Of a DNA stretch of 64,000 nucleotides, positions 23,459-36,721 are shown piece after piece (within the stretch, counting starts at the first letter, position 1; every line of letters begins with the position of its first letter). The stretch is taken from the NCBI GenBank assembly GCA_951406725.2, contig OX597835.1, forward strand, positions 47,368,001 through 47,432,000, read 5' to 3'. Source of the stretch: Octopus vulgaris (Eukaryota). The translations under genes were made by a program, and so were the position numbers. The notes below the pieces were generated by a model that made no database searches, was not told where the DNA came from, and worked only from the letters and a program-made list of their open reading frames with translations.

Positions 23459-24620
23459 ACGGGGTGCATTCAAAATGTATCCGATTGTATTTTCTCCCGC
23501 AAAACTAATGCCACGTGGGCAAAGTTCTTTGGGTGAGAGGTGACACCGCCCTTCTTATTTATTTTTTATTTCTTTATTGCCCACAAGGGGCTAAACATAG
23601 AGGGGACAAACAAGGACAGACAAAGGGATTAAGTCGATTACATCGACCCCAGTGCGTAACTGGTACTTAATTTATCGACCCCGAAAGGATGAAAGGCAAA
23701 GTCGACCTCGGCGGAATTTGAACTCAGAACGTAACGGCAGACGAAATACCGCAAAGCATTTCACCCGGCGTGCTAACGACTCTGCCAGCCCGCCGCCTTC
23801 ACCAACCTTCTTGCCGCCGACACCACCCTTCTTGCGCGTATGTGAAAATTTCGCGCCGGGAGGCCGCGTCAGCTCCCGGCAGTTACGCCTAGAGTACAGA
23901 CGTGTAGAGTGCGCTCGTCCGATTTTCGTTTTCCCGAATCGAGCAGAGATATTGCCTCACGTTTTGCCAAAAGCTTGGTGATACTCAGGCTCTAACAGAA
24001 GATTCTTCTGGTCTTTGGTTATGATGCCATGGGCAAAACTCAGACCAACGAGTGGTACAACCGCTTCAGCCATGGCCACATCTCAGTAGAGAGCGAGAGA
24101 CGTTCAGGCGGACCATGCGCAAGCCGAAACGAGGAACCGATTGAGAAGGTTCAGTGAATGGTTATGGAAGACCGTTGTGTAACAATCTAGGAAATTGCTC
24201 ATGAAGTGAGAATAAGCACAGGATCTGTGCATTTCCATTTTAGCGGAGGATTTGTGCATGCAGAGGGTGACGGCGAAAACCCTAAAGTGCTGACGGAGTA
24301 GCAGAAGCAACTCAGCATGGAAAGTGGTCAAGAGATGCTGGTCTGTGCAAACCACAACCCAGACTTCAAGAAGACCATCACCACTGGTGAGGAGACATGG
24401 GTTTATGGCGTCTTGCGAGAAAACGAGAAAATCCGACGAGCGCTAACAACATGTCTGTACTCCTGGTATAACAGCCGGGAACATATGCGGCCTATCGGGA
24501 CGAAAATCTTCACGCATGCGCAGGAAAGGTGGCATCATCTCTCGCCCAAAGGATTTTTCCCACGTGACATTTGATTTGGCGAGAAAAACAAAGTCGGATA
24601 CTTTTAGAACGCAACTCATA
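23459..24620 (+). mobile_element. Non-autonomous mariner derivative with about 200-bp inverted arms and the N-terminal half of a transposase
   Basis: QRYCLTFCQKLG...EWYNRF..G..SVESE.RSG...ITTGEETWVYG; 24412-24618 is the inverted copy of the left end. Confidence 0.85.
23557..23799 (-). mobile_element. SINE family B monomer inserted in a mariner arm
   Basis: Full head to A-rich tail; other copies at about 12352-12570(+), 19610-19770(-), 25985-26208(-), 26650-26838(-), 27050-27258(+), 37286-37509(-), 51201-51422(+), 53940-54555, 55383-55530(+). Confidence 0.9.
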
Positions 24621-24672
24621 TGCACACACAGACACACAGACACAAGATACAAACACACAGGTGCACGCATGC

Positions 24673-24707
<35 letters not shown>

Positions 24708-24810
24708 CACACACAGGAGAGAATTCACAAAAAAAAAACAACAAAAGACGAAGACAGGTGGTGTAGACAACAAACAGGTGTATTAGTTTAACGCTCGGGA
24801 AGTGAAAAAG

Positions 24811-24848
24811 TCTTTAACATTTCGAGCCAACGCTCTTCCACAGAAAGA
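24811..24848 (-). ncRNA. Minimal hammerhead-like motif (family H2; element about 24720-24930)
   Basis: Minus strand TCTTT-CTGTGGA-A-GAGC gttg GCTC-GAAA-TG-T-T-AAAGA. Confidence 0.55.
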
Positions 24849-25123
24849 AACAGGGAGAGAAAATGAAGAGAAAAAAATAAAGAGAGAAAATAAAGGATGT
24901 GTAGTGGCTAGCGATCTATCATGGCGAAATATATATATATATATATATAAAATATTATTAGAGACAAAACCACTATTTTGCAAAACAAACAAGGAAAGAC
25001 TTAATCAATACATAAAATTTTAATAAATAGTCAAAAAATAGTCAAAAAATATATATATCAGTAGCTCATGTCCGAAACAGAAGCACACTGCAAGACGTTA
25101 GAGCAACAGTATGTTTCGAAAGA

Positions 25124-25286
25124 TGTTTGTTATGGCTGGTCAGAGAGTGACCATTGCTTTCGCACCTACAATGCATTTAGTGATAAAGGTGACTCGTCAG
25201 ACGTGGACTCTGACGAGTCACCTTTATCACTAAATGCATTGTAGGTGCGAAAGCAATGGTCACTCTCTAACCAGCCATAACAAACA
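25124..25286. repeat. Near-perfect palindrome (78-bp arms, 7-nt loop) made of two inverted hammerhead-like cores (family H6)
   Basis: Arms 25124-25201 and 25209-25286, one mismatch; each reads CTGACGA-G(T)CACCT...AGGTGC-GAAA-GCAATGG-T-C-ACTCTC. Confidence 0.9.
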
Positions 25287-25400
25287 GCTTCCTAAATACA
25301 CACACAGAACACACTAAGCAATGCACATACATTTATACATCTCATACACACACAAACAGAATGTGCCAAGGCAAATACATACACATTTAACTAAAACAGC

Positions 25401-25431
<31 letters not shown>

Positions 25432-26208
25432 CTTTTCTCACACACACTGTACTAAAACTCACGCGCACACACAACTAAAATACACATTGTACTAAAATAT
25501 GCATACGTACATAACTGCACTAAAACATACATACACACGCATACTCACACATACACGTATGCGCACGCAAACTACGCACAAAAACTAAACACCACACACA
25601 CACACACAATACTTTGCACTAATCTACAAACACACTCAGAAACATAGACACCCCCACATACTTATACACACACACTCACACACACGTACATGTTGGTAAA
25701 TTGACATCACCCAACGGAATATGAGACTAAACTCTCTTTCCCAGTCAATATCTTGTTACAGAGGTGTTCTTGAACCAGATATTTCACACCAATTTCGCTG
25801 CTAACAGTAAATTTATGATCAGAGGTCACAGTTTTAACACCAGGCACACAGCGCAATTGATCGGTGATGGGTTGGTTGGCGAGTGGTAGGGCCTTTCATT
25901 AAAGTTAACCCTTTTTATCAATCGGCACTGAATTTCGAACCCGAATCCTTCTCAGTGGAAGAAAAGATGAACCAATCTTCATAATAATCGGTTTCAAATT
26001 TTGGCACAAGGCCAGCAATTTTGGGAGCAGGGATGAAGTCGACTACATCGACCCCAGTACTCGACTGGTATGTAGTTTATCGACGCCGAAAATATGAAAG
26101 GAAAAGTCAACCTTGGTGGAATTTGAATTCTGAACGTAAAGAGCCGGAAGGAATATCACTAAGCATTTTTTTCCGGTCTGCTAACCATTCTGCTTGCTCA
26201 CCAACTTC

Positions 26209-26254
<46 letters not shown>

Positions 26255-26592
26255 GTGGGGGAGCATCATAGCCATGTGTTGAGAGGGATTCTTTGGGGTT
26301 TGAATGATTCATCTTTGGAAACATGGGTGTTTCGTTCAACATCCTTAAACAACCCTTATTCAGGGACCTTTCGAGTGGGATGGGCTACTCAACCTGAAGA
26401 AAATTCTAACTGGGCCCCACCTGCAAGGTCATGTGCTGTTTATCTTGATATGAGATCACCATGTCGTGCACATATGGTTGTGATGCATGTGCCTAGTGTA
26501 CCCTTATCAGACGGGTAGTCATGATGGGTATACTGGGCTTTGTATATTTTACCCCAGTGTCACTTTGATGGCATGCACTGCTCTCTCTCAAC
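26255..26592 (+). mobile_element. Complex ~340-bp insertion inside a (TAA)n tract; probable LINE 3'UTR (R4/Dong-like)
   Basis: Clean (TAA)n on both sides (26209-26254, 26593-26653); clade is inference only. Confidence 0.5.
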
Positions 26593-26603
26593 TAATAATA
26601 ATG

Positions 26604-26653
<50 letters not shown>

Positions 26654-27522
26654 CCTTTCTTCAAGGCCTTAAATTTTGGAGAATGTGTAACTCGATCACA
26701 TCGACTCCTGTGTTTCAATGGTACTTATTTTATCGACCCCAAGAGGAAGAAAGACAAAGTCGACCTCGGTGGAATTTGAACTCAGAACGTAAAGGCGGAC
26801 GAAATGCCGCTAAGCATTGTGTGTGGCGCGCTAGCCAATCAGCCAGGTGGTCGCCTTGATAATAATAGTAATAATAATAATAGTAATAATAATAATAATA
26901 ATAGTTATATCCCTCACTCAGTCTTTCTTTCCTCGTCTCACATATCTCCGTCGGGTTTTCTGAATGTTTTGCCCGATTTTGGCAGAATGAAAACGAAACC
27001 ATAAAGTCAGTTTTTGTTACCATTCCGATTCTTGGGATAGTGGATTAGTAAAACCGTTAGAGCTCGCGGGAGGGGGAACCAAATGCTTAGTGGCATTTCG
27101 TTCTTGTTTGCGTCCTGAGCTCAATAGCCACCGAGGTTGACTTTGCCTTTCATCCTTTCGGGGTCGATGAAATAAGCACCAGTTGTAACATCGGGTCAAT
27201 GTAATGAACCGGCCCTTTACCTCAAATTTCAGGCTTTGTACCAAGAGTAGAAAGGATTCTGATATTTTTTTCTTTCTCACAGAAACGGATTGTAGAATAA
27301 ATGCAGATATTCATAGAATTCCTTAGAAAAGTACGTTGTTGTTGATTATAAGCAGAGGTGAATGCGCAGGCGTGGCTGTGTGGTAAGAAGCTTGCTTCCC
27401 AACCACATGGTTCCAAGTTCAGTCCCTCTGCGTGGCACCTAGGGCAAGTGTCTCCCATTATAGCCCCGGGCCAACCAAAGCCTTGTTGTGAGTGGATCTG
27501 GTAGACGGAAACTGAAAGAAGC

Positions 27523-27595
<73 letters not shown>

Positions 27596-28062
27596 GTATG
27601 TGTGTGTGTGTGTGTGTGTCTATGTGTCTTTGTGTCCGTGTGTAATCCCCACCACCGCTTCACATCCAGTGTTGGTTTATTTACGTCTTCATAATCTAAT
27701 TGTTCGGAAAAAAGAAAAAGAAATCGATAGAATAAACACCAGGCTAAAAAAAAAATGAGAGCTGGGGTCGATTCATTCGACTGAAAGTTCTTCAGGGCGG
27801 TACTCCAGCATGGCCGCAGTCTAATGTTAGAAGTAAGTAAAAGATAAAAGATACTGGGATGCCCAGGACTGAAAAATATTAATTAACAACAATAATTAAT
27901 TACATAAAATCTTTTTCTTTCTTTTTTTATGTCTTTAATACAAACAAAAATAGACGTCGACTGTACTCGTTGGTAACATAACCCCCCCCCCCACAAATAC
28001 AAAACAAAAGACATATTCGTCACTTGCGAGTGAGCTTGACAATGATACAATTTACCATGTTT

Positions 28063-28472
28063 AAGGCGGCGAGGAGCTGGCAGAAACGTTAGCACGCCGG
28101 GCGAAATGCTTAGCGGTATTTCGTCTGCCGCTACGTTCCGAGTTCAAATTCCGCCGAGGTCGACTTTGCTCTTCATCCTTTCGGGGTCGATTAAATAAGT
28201 ACCAGTTACGAACTGGGCTCGATATAATCGACTTAATCCGTTTGTCTGTCCTTGTTTGTCCTCTCTGTGTTTAGCCCCTTGTGGGTAGTAAAGAAATAGG
28301 CATTTCGTATGCCGTTACGTTCTGAGTTCAAATTCCGTCGAGGTCGACTTTGCCTTTCATTCTTTCGGGGTCGGTTACATAAGTACCAGTTACGCACTGG
28401 GGTCGATGTAATCGACTTAATCCGTTTGTTTGTCCCCTCTGTGTGTAGCCCCCTGTGGGCAATAAAAAAATA
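28063..28472 (+). mobile_element. SINE family B dimer with 16-bp TSD
   Basis: Head AAGGCGGCGAG..CTGGCAGAAACGTTAG, B box GAGTTCAAATTCC, core TTCATCCTTTCGGGGTCGAT; ACAATTTACCATGTTT at 28047-28062 and 28473-28488. Confidence 0.92.
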
Positions 28473-29054
28473 ACAATTTACCATGTTTCAGTAGTTTTAG
28501 GTGTCTGTACAGTCACATGTAGGCAGAGACATCTCGGTCGTCGCAGCTTGGCCCAGGGAAACATCAAGGATGTCATAAGTAGAATGAGAAAGAGCTAAAT
28601 CAGCATTCGACTAGTGCTTAATTAGACAGAAGTAATGGCCCTCCCCGCTCACCACCCCACAAAAAGTGCTTTGCTGAAGGGTCTACAACGTAGCAACCAG
28701 CCCAGGAATTGAACCTACGGTGTCCTGATTGTGATCCTAGTGCCTTAACCACTGGGCCATGCACCACGATAATGATTGCACAGCACGTGGTTTGTGAAGA
28801 GAGATTAAAATAGGACAGGATTCAAAAGCAGAACAAAGCGTTAAATATACCACGAAAAATAAAAATGTTTTAATATCGATGAAGGGAAAAGTTCAAATAA
28901 TTGCATTTGTAAAGATGCATTTTGATAAGTCAATTCAATAATTTATACACTCGAAATGTTTTATGGACTAAATACATACATGCATACATACATACAAACA
29001 CACAAGTGTTAAATAATTTATGTATTATGGAACACACACACATACACACAAATG

Positions 29055-29085
<31 letters not shown>

Positions 29086-30094
29086 GCTTTGTATATTTGT
29101 GTGTGTTTGTGTTTGTGTATACGACCCAGATAGAGCGGAAAAAAACTCGAATTCCTCCGTACTTTGGCCTTAATCAGACCACACGTCAAGATGCTGCATT
29201 TTTGGAAACGATTGCAACAAGGATGACAAGGATGGAGAGTCTTCTTGGACCCAGCAGACTCTCAGAAAAACAAAGCCCAAGCCACGACCGAAAGGCTGGC
29301 TAGGGAAGAGAACATCAGTGACACTGGCCCTGTCTTCACCGTCGTAGACAGCCGGAGAGGCGAGAAGGCTGCAAAAGAGAGAACACAAAAATAAAACATC
29401 AAAGATAAGACCAAAGCATCCAGAAGCAAACGAGAGCAAAGAAAAGGAGAAGAAACAGAAAATAAAGCAAGAACAAAAAAATAAAGCCTGCAAGGTGTTG
29501 TGGTGATAGACATTGACACATCTGTGTGTTTAAAAGATGGACTCGTCGGAGTATTATGACGTCGTCGATGACGTCAGAACGCGATTTCGAATCTTGCGTT
29601 CTCGGCGAGTAAAATAAAAAGTACATCTTGTGATGGAAATGATTTTACCTCTGCTTGGACTCTCCTCTGATGAGCGGGTTAGACTTCTTTTGGTATTTTG
29701 CCCCATACTTGTCTCTCCTGTGCAAGCGTCGCACTAATATTTTTTATTGAATATCAGAAGTTTGTTGCGTCTCAACATTAAAACAAAAATCTCTTTCCCG
29801 CGAGACTTTGCTGCATAGAACTCGTGGAAACGAACTTTAGACCTAAGGTAGCGGATGTAGAAGTCTGCATACCGAAGTATGTCGTAATATGAAGGGACAG
29901 AAGAGAAAGGAGCCACGGTAAAGTTGCGGTATACGTCCGTAAGAACAACACGTTCCAAATCCTGCTATTAAACTGAAATTCAATGCGTGACACTCGAATT
30001 CTACGCGCTTAAAAGAACCAGATATTGTTATATTTATTACACATCTCGCTCTGGATGCTCAATGGATGGCTACCGCCACATGGAGCCGAATGAA

Positions 30095-30902
30095 ATACAG
30101 AACGGTAAGATTGGCCCATGAGGAATTGCAATCCCAGAATCAAAATCAGTGCGTCACCTGGGCATTGACATGAGTAATGATGCATCTTTCCAGGTGCATA
30201 TTACTAATTTGGTAATAAAATGCAGACGGCTTTCTGGATGGACCCTCCGAACTTTCAGAACGAAAGAAAAGAAAACTATGATGGTCCTTTGGAGGACATA
30301 TGTCCTCAGCCGCTTGGACTATTGTTCCCAACTGTAGTCACCACACAGTATAAAATCAACAGCTGAACTCGAAGCAATTCAATGAAGCTACACAAAGGAA
30401 ATCGTCTCAATGCAACTTATCAGCTTCTGGGAAAGATTTAAGACTCTTCTCCTTGGAACGAAGGCGGGAAAAATATGCCGTGATATACATCTCAAAAATC
30501 CTGGAAGGCCTTATACCAAACTTTAACATTGACCGTTACACAAACAGCATAACGGGACGCCACTGCATAGTGCCAAAGATCCCACCATTGCCATCAAAAT
30601 ACAGGATCAGATACCGCCATAGGTTGGGTTTCTAGAGCCCACAGCTCTTCAAATTTCCCCCCTAAAAACCCGAGAGACCTACATGGGGTAGATGTAGGTG
30701 TCTTCAAAACAAAACTGGATCGTCAAGAGTTCTGGGTGAACCTACTTCGCGGCAGGAAACGCAAATGAAGATAGCAGCATCAAATTCCCTCATTCACCAA
30801 ATGCCACATACCAGATGAAGTTTCAAGTAATGGAAGTGTAGCAAGACTAACGGCGGTGCCCCAGCATGGCCACAGCTATCGAGCTAAAACTAGAAACAGA
30901 AT
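30095..30902 (+). mobile_element. CR1-group LINE 3' fragment (degenerate RT C-terminus plus tail)
   Basis: VRHLGIDMSND.SFQVHI...LRTFRT...VLSRLDYCSQL; LERRREKYAVIYISKILEGLIPN; stops and frameshifts. Confidence 0.85.
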
Positions 30903-31639
30903 ATTAGTGCTAAAGGAAGTCAGTTCGAATAATGTGTACAGCAAAGGTTCACGTCAAAAGGGATATTATGTTGTAACGTCCAAAATATGTGCAAATAGAC
31001 AAAAAGGCTATCATTAAAGAGGAAAAAAAAAATATTTGTGCACTTAAACTGGTTGAAAGTATTCTGTCGAGGCTAGACCAAAGTTAACGTCTAGTCAGGA
31101 AAAAGAATTTGCCAAATTATAAGCCACTGTGAGGAGAAGGGAACTAAACAGCTGACTGACTAGTCTGATATCAAACGAGGGAAGTTAGGCAGCTAGTTTG
31201 TGGAGATAGGATTAACTAGGAAGGTAACCCTTCGTACTCGTGTAGCATAGAACTGCTTGATCAGGACAGACTTCAGATTATATGACAACAACACTGGATG
31301 GCTGCTCCGTGATCCCTTTTCACTAAACAGAATAAAATCAAATCAAATCACTGATATAGTTGGGAAACTATCGAAGATGGATCAGTGTATGGTGCAATAC
31401 GGAAGCGGAAATATGCAAAGAAGACTGTAATGTGAATAGAGAGATAAGAGGATGTTTAAAAAAGAGAAAAACGTAAAAATTACAAAAAAACAAGGAAAAA
31501 ATGTTTCTATATTGCTCGAGCAAAGACGAGAGAGAGACATCAAGGGGGAATCTTTCTTTCATATCAATATTTATTTTAACGGTAGAATTCTGTTAATTAA
31601 AGAAACCAAACGGGAAAGAAAGAGTAATAAAACCTCTTG

Positions 31640-31793
<154 letters not shown>

Positions 31794-31892
31794 TAAAATA
31801 TATAAAAAGAGACGAAGAATGGAATAATCTTAATGCAAACGATGTTTTCGAAATCAATGAGGAAACATTGTCAGAAATACACGAAACATAAC

Positions 31893-31942
<50 letters not shown>

Positions 31943-32446
31943 CAACAACAACAACAACAACAACAACACACACACACACACACACACAACAACACGGTGC
32001 ATAATGTATAAATGTACAAAACAAATAGAACAACACGCAATGCTTAATACATAAATACATAACACAGAATAACAGACAACAGACAACACACAACCACATA
32101 AACACATAAACACATAAACACATAGAGGAGGAATTCCGGAGAGCATTCGGAAATTCGGATTTCAATTCCGTTACGTTCTTTTGCTAAACAAAAAAGCAAA
32201 AAAAAACAAAAAAAACAAAAAAAAAAAAACAAAAAAAAAAGAAGAAAAAGAAAAAAGTAACAACAACAACAACAGCAATAATAAGAGTTTGTTAAGAAGA
32301 CAGAAAGTTGTGTGTCGCTAAAGAAACCAGTTTTGGGTTCCGCAGAGGAATGGTATCTACCTGTCTCTGTCTGTCTGTCCGTTCGTCTGTCTGTCTGTCT
32401 GGCTGCTTGTATCTGTTCTCTGTCTGTCTTTTGCCTTTCGTTCTTC

Positions 32447-32481
<35 letters not shown>

Positions 32482-32530
32482 TCGTTCTTTCTTTCTTCGT
32501 TCCTTCTTTTCTTCCTTCCTTCCTTTCTTC

Positions 32531-32571
<41 letters not shown>

Positions 32572-32606
32572 CTCCTTTCTTCCTTTCTTCCTTTCTTCCT
32601 TTCTTC

Positions 32607-32700
<94 letters not shown>

Positions 32701-33549
32701 CGCTCTCGCTCTCTCGCTCTCTCTCTCTTCCTTTTCTCTCTCTCTTCCTTCGACGACCGTTTTGGTGCAAGTTTTCAGGATTCATCCTTTGTTGCCGCCA
32801 TGTCAGTCGGGTATTCAATAATAACCGCACCGCATCCTCTCAAGATGGATGCCAAAATAAGCGATGGCGGCGGCGTTGGTGGTGTTGGGATGTGGTTGTA
32901 GTTGTTGCGATTGTTGTCCTCGGCGTAGTTGCAGTGGCCATTGAAGTAGTAGTTATTGTTGTTGCAGTTACGATTCCGCTCTTTGTTGTTGTAACTGGGG
33001 CTCTTCTTGTTTCTTGTACAAGAATTATTAAATGTTGAACATGTTGTTGCTGCTGTTGTTGCTGTCAACCTCGTCATTTGGTCATCTTCATCGATATTGT
33101 TGTTGTTGCGATAATTGTGTACAATTGTTGTTGCTATTGTTATTGTTGCAATTTATGAAGTACCCGTTGTTGTTATCTAACCCAAGTCTACCCGAACACA
33201 CCCACTTCGGGTCGGTGCAAAGTTCATGGCTTTGGGTAGAACAATATACCCAGGAGGGTCAGTCATGATTTTATTCAACATAATCCCTTCCCAGATTCAC
33301 ACCCTAATTGCAGTGGTCCTTCGGGTTTTCAATAACCCTCTTTTACTCTTTTATTTGTTTCAGTCATTTGACTGCGGCCATGCTGAAGCACCGCCTTAAA
33401 ATCGAGCAACTCGATCCCGGGACTTATTCTTTTGTAAGCCCAGTACTTATTCTATCGGTCTGTTTTGCCGAACCGCTAAGTAACGGGGACATAAACACAC
33501 CAGCATCGGTTGTCAAGCAATGCTAGGGGGAACAAACACAGACACACAA

Positions 33550-33580
<31 letters not shown>

Positions 33581-34191
33581 CATATATACGACGGGCTTCT
33601 TTCAGTTTCCGTCTACCAAATCCACTCAAAAAGCTTTGGTCGGGCCCGAGGCTATAGTAGAAGACACTTGCCCAAGGTGCCACGCAGTGGGACTGAACCC
33701 GGAACCATGTGGCTGGTAAACAAGCTACTTACCACACAGCCACTTCTGCGTGAAAGAATTCGGAAGGTTGGGCCTCCAGCCTGGCCTTTCACAATGCCAG
33801 AAACTTTTCAGCACCCACTCATACAATCACAGACATTCCAACGATGACCAACCCGCTTCTTTTTTCGAACACTGTACACAGAACACAGAATCACGTCCTC
33901 CGGCTTGTCTCAAAACATTACAATGAGATACGAAATTTAGCAGCTATTGCTAGTAAAGTGAGCAACCATGCAGTGGCTCAAAATGGCCGTAGGAGTGACA
34001 ACAGCGTTGTTTGTGTTGTTGTTAGTGGTGGCAATGGTTGTCAAGGTGGCAGTGGCGGTGGTAGGGGTGGATTTCGGCAGCAAAATTAATAATTACCGTT
34101 TTAGCTCGGCGCTATACAATTGATAATGAAGAGATAAACCAGCAGAGACCAAGGAAATTGCTGTAAAAACCGCCACGATAATAATAAGCCG

Positions 34192-34287
<96 letters not shown>

Positions 34288-34324
34288 CAATATGTATGTA
34301 TATATTTGAATAAGTATATTTGTT

Positions 34325-34367
<43 letters not shown>

Positions 34368-34632
34368 GCATATATACGTATGTGTGTATATGAGAGAGAA
34401 GAGGGAGAGATGGAGGAGGCATTTGTAAACAGATTTGGGCAATGGATATTTAAGTTGTCGGATGTAGGAAGAAAATGAGGAGAGGAAGGGGAAGGTGGGC
34501 GGGTGGGAGTATATATATAGCTTGTCATGGGAGACACCATGAGACCATGTCTGAAAGGAGAGAATCTGTCTGTATCGCGCTCTGTTTGCGTTTATGTGTA
34601 TATGTGTGCGTATACTCATATACGCATTCATG

Positions 34633-34714
<82 letters not shown>

Positions 34715-34801
34715 ATGTATGTATGTATATATATGTATATATATGTATATATATATGTATATATATATGTATATATGTATGTATATATATATGTATATAT
34801 G

Positions 34802-34848
<47 letters not shown>

Positions 34849-34949
34849 ATATATGTAGGTATGTACATATATGTATGTATATATATGCATATATTTATAT
34901 ATTATTTATATTAGTATATGATCGAACGCCACGCATCCTTTTCCAAGTA

Positions 34950-35028
<79 letters not shown>

Positions 35029-35073
35029 GTCCTTGTTTGTCCTCACTGTGTTTAGCCCTTGTGGGTAGTAAAG

Positions 35074-35122
<49 letters not shown>

Positions 35123-35427
35123 CACACACAAACAAAGAGAGAAGAGGAGAGAGAAAGAGAGCGAAAAGAGAAGAAAACATGAAGTGCGAGAAGGAAAAGG
35201 AGAGGCACGAGGGAGAGGTGTGTGCCATTGCAACAAGTGGGGAGGGATTGGAAGAGGAGGTGGTGCCGTAAGGTAGGAATAAGTGGTTTAAGATGGCGGC
35301 CAAGAGCTGGTGGTGCTGTGTCGTCGATGTCGCGGTGCGTTAGTGATAGAAGGGGTTTTGTGCTATAAACGAACTGGTTCCCCTACAATTTGATAATGGC
35401 TGTTAATTCAGAAGAGACAATAAACGG

Positions 35428-35541
35428 AAAGAAGAAGAAGAAGAAGAAGAAGAAGAAGAAGAAGAAGAAGAAGAAGAAGAAGATGATGATGATGATGATG
35501 ATGATGATGACGATGATGATGATGATGAAGAAGAAGAAGAA

Positions 35542-35573
<32 letters not shown>

Positions 35574-35940
35574 AGATGATGATGATGATGATGATGATGA
35601 CGATGATGATGATGATGATGAAGAAGAAGAAGAAGAAGAAGAAGAAGAAGAAGGAGAAGAAGGAGAAGAAGGAGAAGAAGAAGAAGAAGAAGGAGAAGAA
35701 GGAGAAGAAGAAGAAGAAGAAGAAGAAGAAGAAGAAGATGATGATGATGATGATGATGATGACGATGATGATGATGATGATGATGAAGAAGAAGAAGAAG
35801 AAGAAGAAGAAGAAGAAGAAGAAGAAGAAGAAGAAGAAGAAGAAGAAGAAGAAGAAGAAGAAGAAGAAGAAGAAGAAAAAGAAGAAGAAGAAGAAGAAGA
35901 AGAAGGAGGAGAAGAAGGAGAAGAAGAAGAAGAAGAAGGT
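35428..35940. repeat. Compound (GAA)n/(GAT)n microsatellite with three higher-order units; other long tracts at 8578-8765, 31642-31792, 38993-39357, 41890-42330, 43155-43560, 44737-44861
   Basis: (GAA)n(GAT)nGAC(GAT)n occurs three times. Confidence 0.95.
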
Positions 35941-36090
35941 GACAGCATAACTCCAGCAGCAATAACAGCAACAACGATATCAACGTCAAGACACTTGCAG
36001 AAATTGAAAAGAAGTTAGAAAAGTTTTCCAGGAGGACAACAAACTCTAATAAACATGGAAGATAATGCGAAACACGCATTCATTCGGATG

Positions 36091-36162
<72 letters not shown>

Positions 36163-36207
36163 ATATCAACAAACAAGCACACAGACAGACAGACACACAC
36201 ACAGACA

Positions 36208-36246
<39 letters not shown>

Positions 36247-36563
36247 TGAAAGCATGTGATCTAGTGGTTAGGGTGTTGCACTCACGATCGCAAGATCGTG
36301 GGTTCGATTCCCTTAGTAGGCGCCACATTGAGAATAACACTTCATTTCACGTTGCTTCTTAGTCCCCATTTTCGATCAGGAGGGTATGCAATATCGATCT
36401 GCTTACCTAGCCAGTGGGGTGGCATCATTTGAAGGCTAAAACAATGCAGACACACATTGTGACCAGCGATGTGTAACAACATCTGATAGCCTGGTCGGTT
36501 ACGTGGATAACCTCGTGAGTACCGCTGCTGATTTTTTTTTTCCTCTGTCTTCCCTTCTCCTAT

Positions 36564-36598
36564 GTCTCCGATGAAGAGCTCCACTCGAAACGTTAAAC
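36564..36598 (+). ncRNA. Minimal hammerhead-like motif (family H1, second copy; element about 36530-36716)
   Basis: GTCT-CCGATGA-A-GAG ctcca CTC-GAAA-CG-T-T-AAAC; flanks homologous to 640-795. Confidence 0.6.
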
Positions 36599-36721
36599 CC
36601 TCCTTCTTCCCTTCTTTCCTGAGCGTCCAATAATACTTTATTTGTTCCACGTCCTCGCGTTGTTGTGTTTTTTTGTTTTTTTTTTGTGTTTTCTTGTTTG
36701 GATTAACTATATATATACACT

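Noticed and set aside
29660-29700. CTGATGA as a hammerhead core (also at about 1849, 12713 and 44654)
   Set aside because: No correctly placed stem II plus GAAA plus UH plus stem I.
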